DNA of 64,000 bases from Escherichia phage AnYang, in sequence record MK234886. The stretch is one strand, 5' to 3'. Of this stretch, positions 60,335 through 64,000 are shown in pieces. The notes beneath the pieces were generated by a model. It ran no database searches. It saw nothing but the letters and a program-made list of their open reading frames with translations, and had not been told where the DNA came from. The stretch's first letter is position 1, and every line of letters starts with the position of its first letter. A program made the position numbers and the translations under genes.

Positions 60335-62419
60335 TTACCCTTGGATGAATTTTTCTGGGATGTCATAGAGGTCTATGCATGAAGCCAAAAGAGACAGCAC
60401 ATCAACCCGTGTAGATTTAACAAATGAATCAAAAGATACGGGGCTTTCGGAAGTATCGAAATCATCTTGATATACGACCAACTCGCCGGTTTCCATTAGT
60501 ACGTCACCATCATACACCACAGATTCTTGAAGCTCATCTGTTGTCATAACTTCAGCTTGGATGAGTTTTGTATTATTAGATGTTCTTCCATCATTATTAG
60601 ACGCATCTGTTATTTTATTAACTTTGACCATTAATCCACGCGGTAGAATAACTTCAGCTTCAGTTGCTATTCCGAGATTTCCTGGATATACAACATTAAC
60701 TTTATGAGCCCCATCAATCGCCCATCCTATTTGAACTTTAACGTAATCAGGATTTTCTTTATATGCTCTTATTTCATTAGGATTAATAGTTATTCCTTCT
60801 TCATTTTTATCGACCGTCAATTCATTACGAACTTCCGGTTCTAAAAGACCGATACCGGCGTGCGTAACACCAAAACGACCAAAAATGATAGGAGTTAAAG
60901 AAGTAGATACAAAATTTCTGAAATAGAACACTTTATTTTTAACTAGTGCTTCGTATATAGGAGCAGTCATACTCTGTGCACGATAAACTGTGATGCCTTC
61001 TGGTATACGGTCGCCATTTTCGAAAGCAGAATCCAAATTATTAACTGCAGATTCGATATCTTTTTCACTCATAATCTCATAGTTCTGAGGATTGTAACGA
61101 CCTAAAAGAAGGTTATTTATATCGCCGTATCCAGAGCCACAATATTCTCTGATGCCACGCTTTTGTGATGGGGTGTATTTAGAACCCTCACGAGCAATAG
61201 TAATATCAATCATTGAACCACCACCCACACCAGCAAAACTATACACGCGTTTTTTAATGAATTTGGTCTTGGATGCTTTCCACTTGGACTCGGTCAATTC
61301 ATTCCAGAGGTCGTCAGGTTGGCCTTTACGAGTTTTGTTATGCGTAGCCAACCATTCGCCTTTGTATTCTTCGAAAACGGTATTAATAGCAGAGGCATAT
61401 TTTTCTAGAGCTTTAACAGATGTCAAAGGTTCGTTTTTGATGGCTGATAGGATTTTCTCTTTAATTTTCTCTTTGATTTCACCTATACCGTGAAGAGGAA
61501 ACATTTTATAATCGTAATGCAATTCTTCAGCAGTGCCTTCAGCTACTATATTAGCAACCTTATTTTTAGCCGCAGGAGAATTGTTATTAGTAACCATTTC
61601 CTGGGCCTCAGGGATTAATGGAGCTGTTGCAGGTTTATTAAAATCTACGGCATTTGCTTCATATTTCTTAAACAGTTCACTTTCATTACGATAAGATTCT
61701 AACGATTGACTTGCTGCAATGGCACGACGAGAAATCTTAGTCTTGGTTATAACCATTTTATCAGTGCGACGTTCTTCAACTTTAGCAATACTGCCGGCAA
61801 TAGCAGTTTCTTTAGTAACCTGCACACCTTCTTTTTTAGAAATATAAACTTCACCGACATCAGAATCTACCTTAGTATATAATTCAGCATTAATTCCTGG
61901 CATACCTTTGATATCTTCGATATCGGCCTGTTTACGAACTACTAGGATATAAGTATGCTTGCCTGTAAATTGGTACATAGCTGGAATTACTTTGAAGCGC
62001 CCACCAGTTTTTTGAGTTACTAAACGTTGGATAATTCTCTGGACAATAGGGCCTTGTCCTTTCATTTTCTTGGTAGGAAAACGGAACATCACGGCATCCA
62101 TACGAAGCTTTTTAACTTGTTCGAATACTGCGTCGAAAATGGTATTAATAGCATCAATAGGAGTGGGACCAAGGCCACCCTTAAGTTCGGCTGGAGTACC
62201 TTTAGCTGATAAACTCATCAAAATAACGTGGGCATATTTATCACCCAATTTAACTTGTTTAATGGCGTCGCCTTCAGAGGCATAGGATACCATACGAGCA
62301 ACCAATTGGGATTCTGCGTCGCCTATCTTCCAAATCTGGGGTACTTTAAGTTTAGGGTTCAAGTTTACTGTAGGCAGTGTGCCTTCGGACTCAAACACTT
62401 CATTTAATTGTTCGGTCAT
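60335..62419 (-). CDS. alt: Alt ADP-ribosyltransferase (694 aa), copy adjacent to gene 30
   Basis: motifs VYRAQ, FVSTSL, EAEVILPRG; AGAGGAA RBS. Confidence 0.85.
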   Translation of the reverse strand: MTEQLNEVFESEGTLPTVNLNPKLKVPQIWKIGDAESQLVARMVSYASEGDAIKQVKLGDKYAHVILMSLSAKGTPAELKGGLGPTPIDAINTIFDAVFEQVKKLRMDAVMFRFPTKKMKGQGPIVQRIIQRLVTQKTGGRFKVIPAMYQFTGKHTYILVVRKQADIEDIKGMPGINAELYTKVDSDVGEVYISKKEGVQVTKETAIAGSIAKVEERRTDKMVITKTKISRRAIAASQSLESYRNESELFKKYEANAVDFNKPATAPLIPEAQEMVTNNNSPAAKNKVANIVAEGTAEELHYDYKMFPLHGIGEIKEKIKEKILSAIKNEPLTSVKALEKYASAINTVFEEYKGEWLATHNKTRKGQPDDLWNELTESKWKASKTKFIKKRVYSFAGVGGGSMIDITIAREGSKYTPSQKRGIREYCGSGYGDINNLLLGRYNPQNYEIMSEKDIESAVNNLDSAFENGDRIPEGITVYRAQSMTAPIYEALVKNKVFYFRNFVSTSLTPIIFGRFGVTHAGIGLLEPEVRNELTVDKNEEGITINPNEIRAYKENPDYVKVQIGWAIDGAHKVNVVYPGNLGIATEAEVILPRGLMVKVNKITDASNNDGRTSNNTKLIQAEVMTTDELQESVVYDGDVLMETGELVVYQDDFDTSESPVSFDSFVKSTRVDVLSLLASCIDLYDIPEKFIQG

Positions 62420-62457
62420 AATAATTCCTCTTTAATAACCTTATTTATGCCAGAAAA

Positions 62458-62469
62458 GGCCCGAAGGCC
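62458..62469 (-). terminator. hairpin GGCC-UUCG-GGCC + U-run (minus strand); CATAAATA late-promoter-like box at 62442-62449
   Basis: read on minus strand between small ORF and alt. Confidence 0.5.
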
Positions 62470-62473
62470 TTTA

Positions 62474-62656
62474 TTAAAGTACTAACAGCGTACGGTATAC
62501 TTCAAATTTAGGACCCTTTTCATAGCGGTCAAAATTATCTTTAAAATCGGCGAACGCGATTTCATTTTCAAATTCAAGGACAATTTGGGACACTGCAGTG
62601 GAGACATCGCCACCTTCTTTATATCCAATAACCACGGTTTCTAAATAAGCTTTCAT
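62474..62656 (-). CDS. hypothetical small protein (60 aa from ATG 62656; ORF track start 62698 overlaps ligase)
   Basis: ATG directly after ligase stop (TAATATG); no separate RBS seen. Confidence 0.35.
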   Translation of the reverse strand: MKAYLETVVIGYKEGGDVSTAVSQIVLEFENEIAFADFKDNFDRYEKGPKFEVYRTLLVL

Positions 62657-62657
62657 A

Positions 62658-64000
62658 TTATAGTCCAGTTTGAGACCAATCACCGAATACATCTTCAAAT
62701 GTATCAGCTTCTGTTTTATCGAAACGCCAACCTTTAATGATTGGAAGGAAAATACCTACAGTATCAGTACGTCCTTTAGAATGAACCCAACCATTACATT
62801 CACAGTCAGCAATACGTCCAATCAACTTACCTTCACGAGCTTGTTTCATAAGAAGTTCACGGTCTAAATCAGGACGGTCTTCCAATGGAATCAATACCTT
62901 TTTACCTGATTTATCTTTCTTATGGGTAGTATCTTTAAAGCCTGAACCACAGTCACTTGTAATTCGACGACAACGCGATACCAATTCAACACCACCAAGT
63001 TTGTTAGGGTCCTTCGAGTGTTCATAATAACCTACCACTTCTAAAGCAATATCGATTACTTCTTTGAACTTGATAAGATTCTTAGAACGGCGGTTTTCCC
63101 AGTAGGAGTCCATGTTCTTAAGGATAATGCCTTCCAAACCTTGGTCGACATATTTCTTATAAACGACTTTAGCTTCTTCAAGATTATTAACCCACTGGTT
63201 TTCGATAGCTTCAACACGCGTTGTACCATGCAATACGACATTATGAGCAACCATAAGTTCTAAGGCAGTAAAGCGTACATCGTACTTATCGCCTTTAATT
63301 TTACCTTCGGAATATACGACATCTAATGGGACATAATCCCATGCCTGCAATACCATACCTGCTGCTTCGGTTGAAGTAATAGTTCCTTGAAGAGCTTTGT
63401 TAGCCAAGCCATTTGAAGTGGAACGATCGGCTACGGTTTGGAATTCCTTAGCTTTACTTAATTCAGGAAGTTCCTCATCAAACATACTAAACAAATCATT
63501 AGATGCTTTAGGTTCTACTTTAGGAGTATGGTAAACTAATTCGCCGTCAATCATAACACCATTAGGATGGCGTTGTCGAGCTTCTTCGGTCATAGCCATT
63601 AATTCGGCAGCCAAAAGATTAAGCCCTTGATATTCGTTACCACCACGAGTAAGGAATGTCACACCATCATTACGAACTTCAGCAAAACAACGAGCACCGT
63701 CAGCTTTTAATTGAGCAAACGCAGGCCATTTAATATTTTTCTTAATCAAATCTTCATCATAAGAACTAGCCAACATCTGTGGTTGTTCAGGGATTAAACC
63801 TTTCCAAACCTTGTTAGCAATAGAAATCGATGCACCGCATTCAAGGTCACGCATCATTACACGACGTAATACCTCCGCATCCGGGGCCTTAGCATCGGCA
63901 ATGATTTGAGCCAGTTCTTCAATAGCTGCATTACCCGTAATCTTACGAGTGGCTAATGTGAATTCAGCGAAATCAAGAAGGTCTTCAAGAGTAATCATAC
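62658..64000 (-). CDS. 30: ATP-dependent DNA ligase gp30, C-terminal about 447 aa (N-terminus beyond window end)
   Basis: adenylation motif KADGARC; segment LEDLLDFAEFTLATRKITGNAAIEEL resembles T4 ligase residues about 60-90; frame open to window edge. Confidence 0.9.
   Translation of the reverse strand, partial: MITLEDLLDFAEFTLATRKITGNAAIEELAQIIADAKAPDAEVLRRVMMRDLECGASISIANKVWKGLIPEQPQMLASSYDEDLIKKNIKWPAFAQLKADGARCFAEVRNDGVTFLTRGGNEYQGLNLLAAELMAMTEEARQRHPNGVMIDGELVYHTPKVEPKASNDLFSMFDEELPELSKAKEFQTVADRSTSNGLANKALQGTITSTEAAGMVLQAWDYVPLDVVYSEGKIKGDKYDVRFTALELMVAHNVVLHGTTRVEAIENQWVNNLEEAKVVYKKYVDQGLEGIILKNMDSYWENRRSKNLIKFKEVIDIALEVVGYYEHSKDPNKLGGVELVSRCRRITSDCGSGFKDTTHKKDKSGKKVLIPLEDRPDLDRELLMKQAREGKLIGRIADCECNGWVHSKGRTDTVGIFLPIIKGWRFDKTEADTFEDVFGDWSQTGL

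Overview
This window reads as a contiguous segment of a T4-like (Tevenvirinae/Straboviridae) myovirus genome. Gene calls rest on ORF length, synteny with the T4 map and motifs read directly from the translations; no database search was run. Layout: (i) 1-9500, a minus-strand accessory early region of small ORFs separated by repeated early promoter/stem-loop cassettes and UUCG-type hairpins, with two tRNAs flanking a GIY-YIG homing endonuclease (segB-like) and several internal-protein-like ORFs carrying an MKTYQEF capsid-targeting leader; (ii) 8999-12384, minus-strand 57B-57A-1-3-2-4; (iii) 12431-42924, the plus-strand late structural block 53-5-5.4-6-7-8-9-10-11-12-wac-13-14-15-16-17-18-19-20-67-68-21-22-23-24 with TATAAATA late promoters; (iv) rnlB, hoc, inh, uvsW, uvsY, then baseplate hub genes 25-26-51-27-28-29-48-54; (v) three tandem full-length Alt-like ADP-ribosyltransferase paralogs followed by DNA ligase (gene 30, cut by the window end). 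The most unusual feature is a translationally coupled tandem array of five small acidic paralogous ORFs (1014-2256) that all end in a conserved W-[VFY]-x-S-S-x(0-2)-Cys-COOH tail; I do not recognise this family. Other candidates for novel biology are the triplicated alt cassette, two internal-protein-like ORFs in the IPI-equivalent locus, and an ORF-free 230 bp segment next to tRNA-Arg. Coordinates of CDSs follow the supplied ORF track (starts adjusted where an internal ATG has a better RBS); coordinates of promoters and hairpins were counted by hand and may be off by 1-2 nt.
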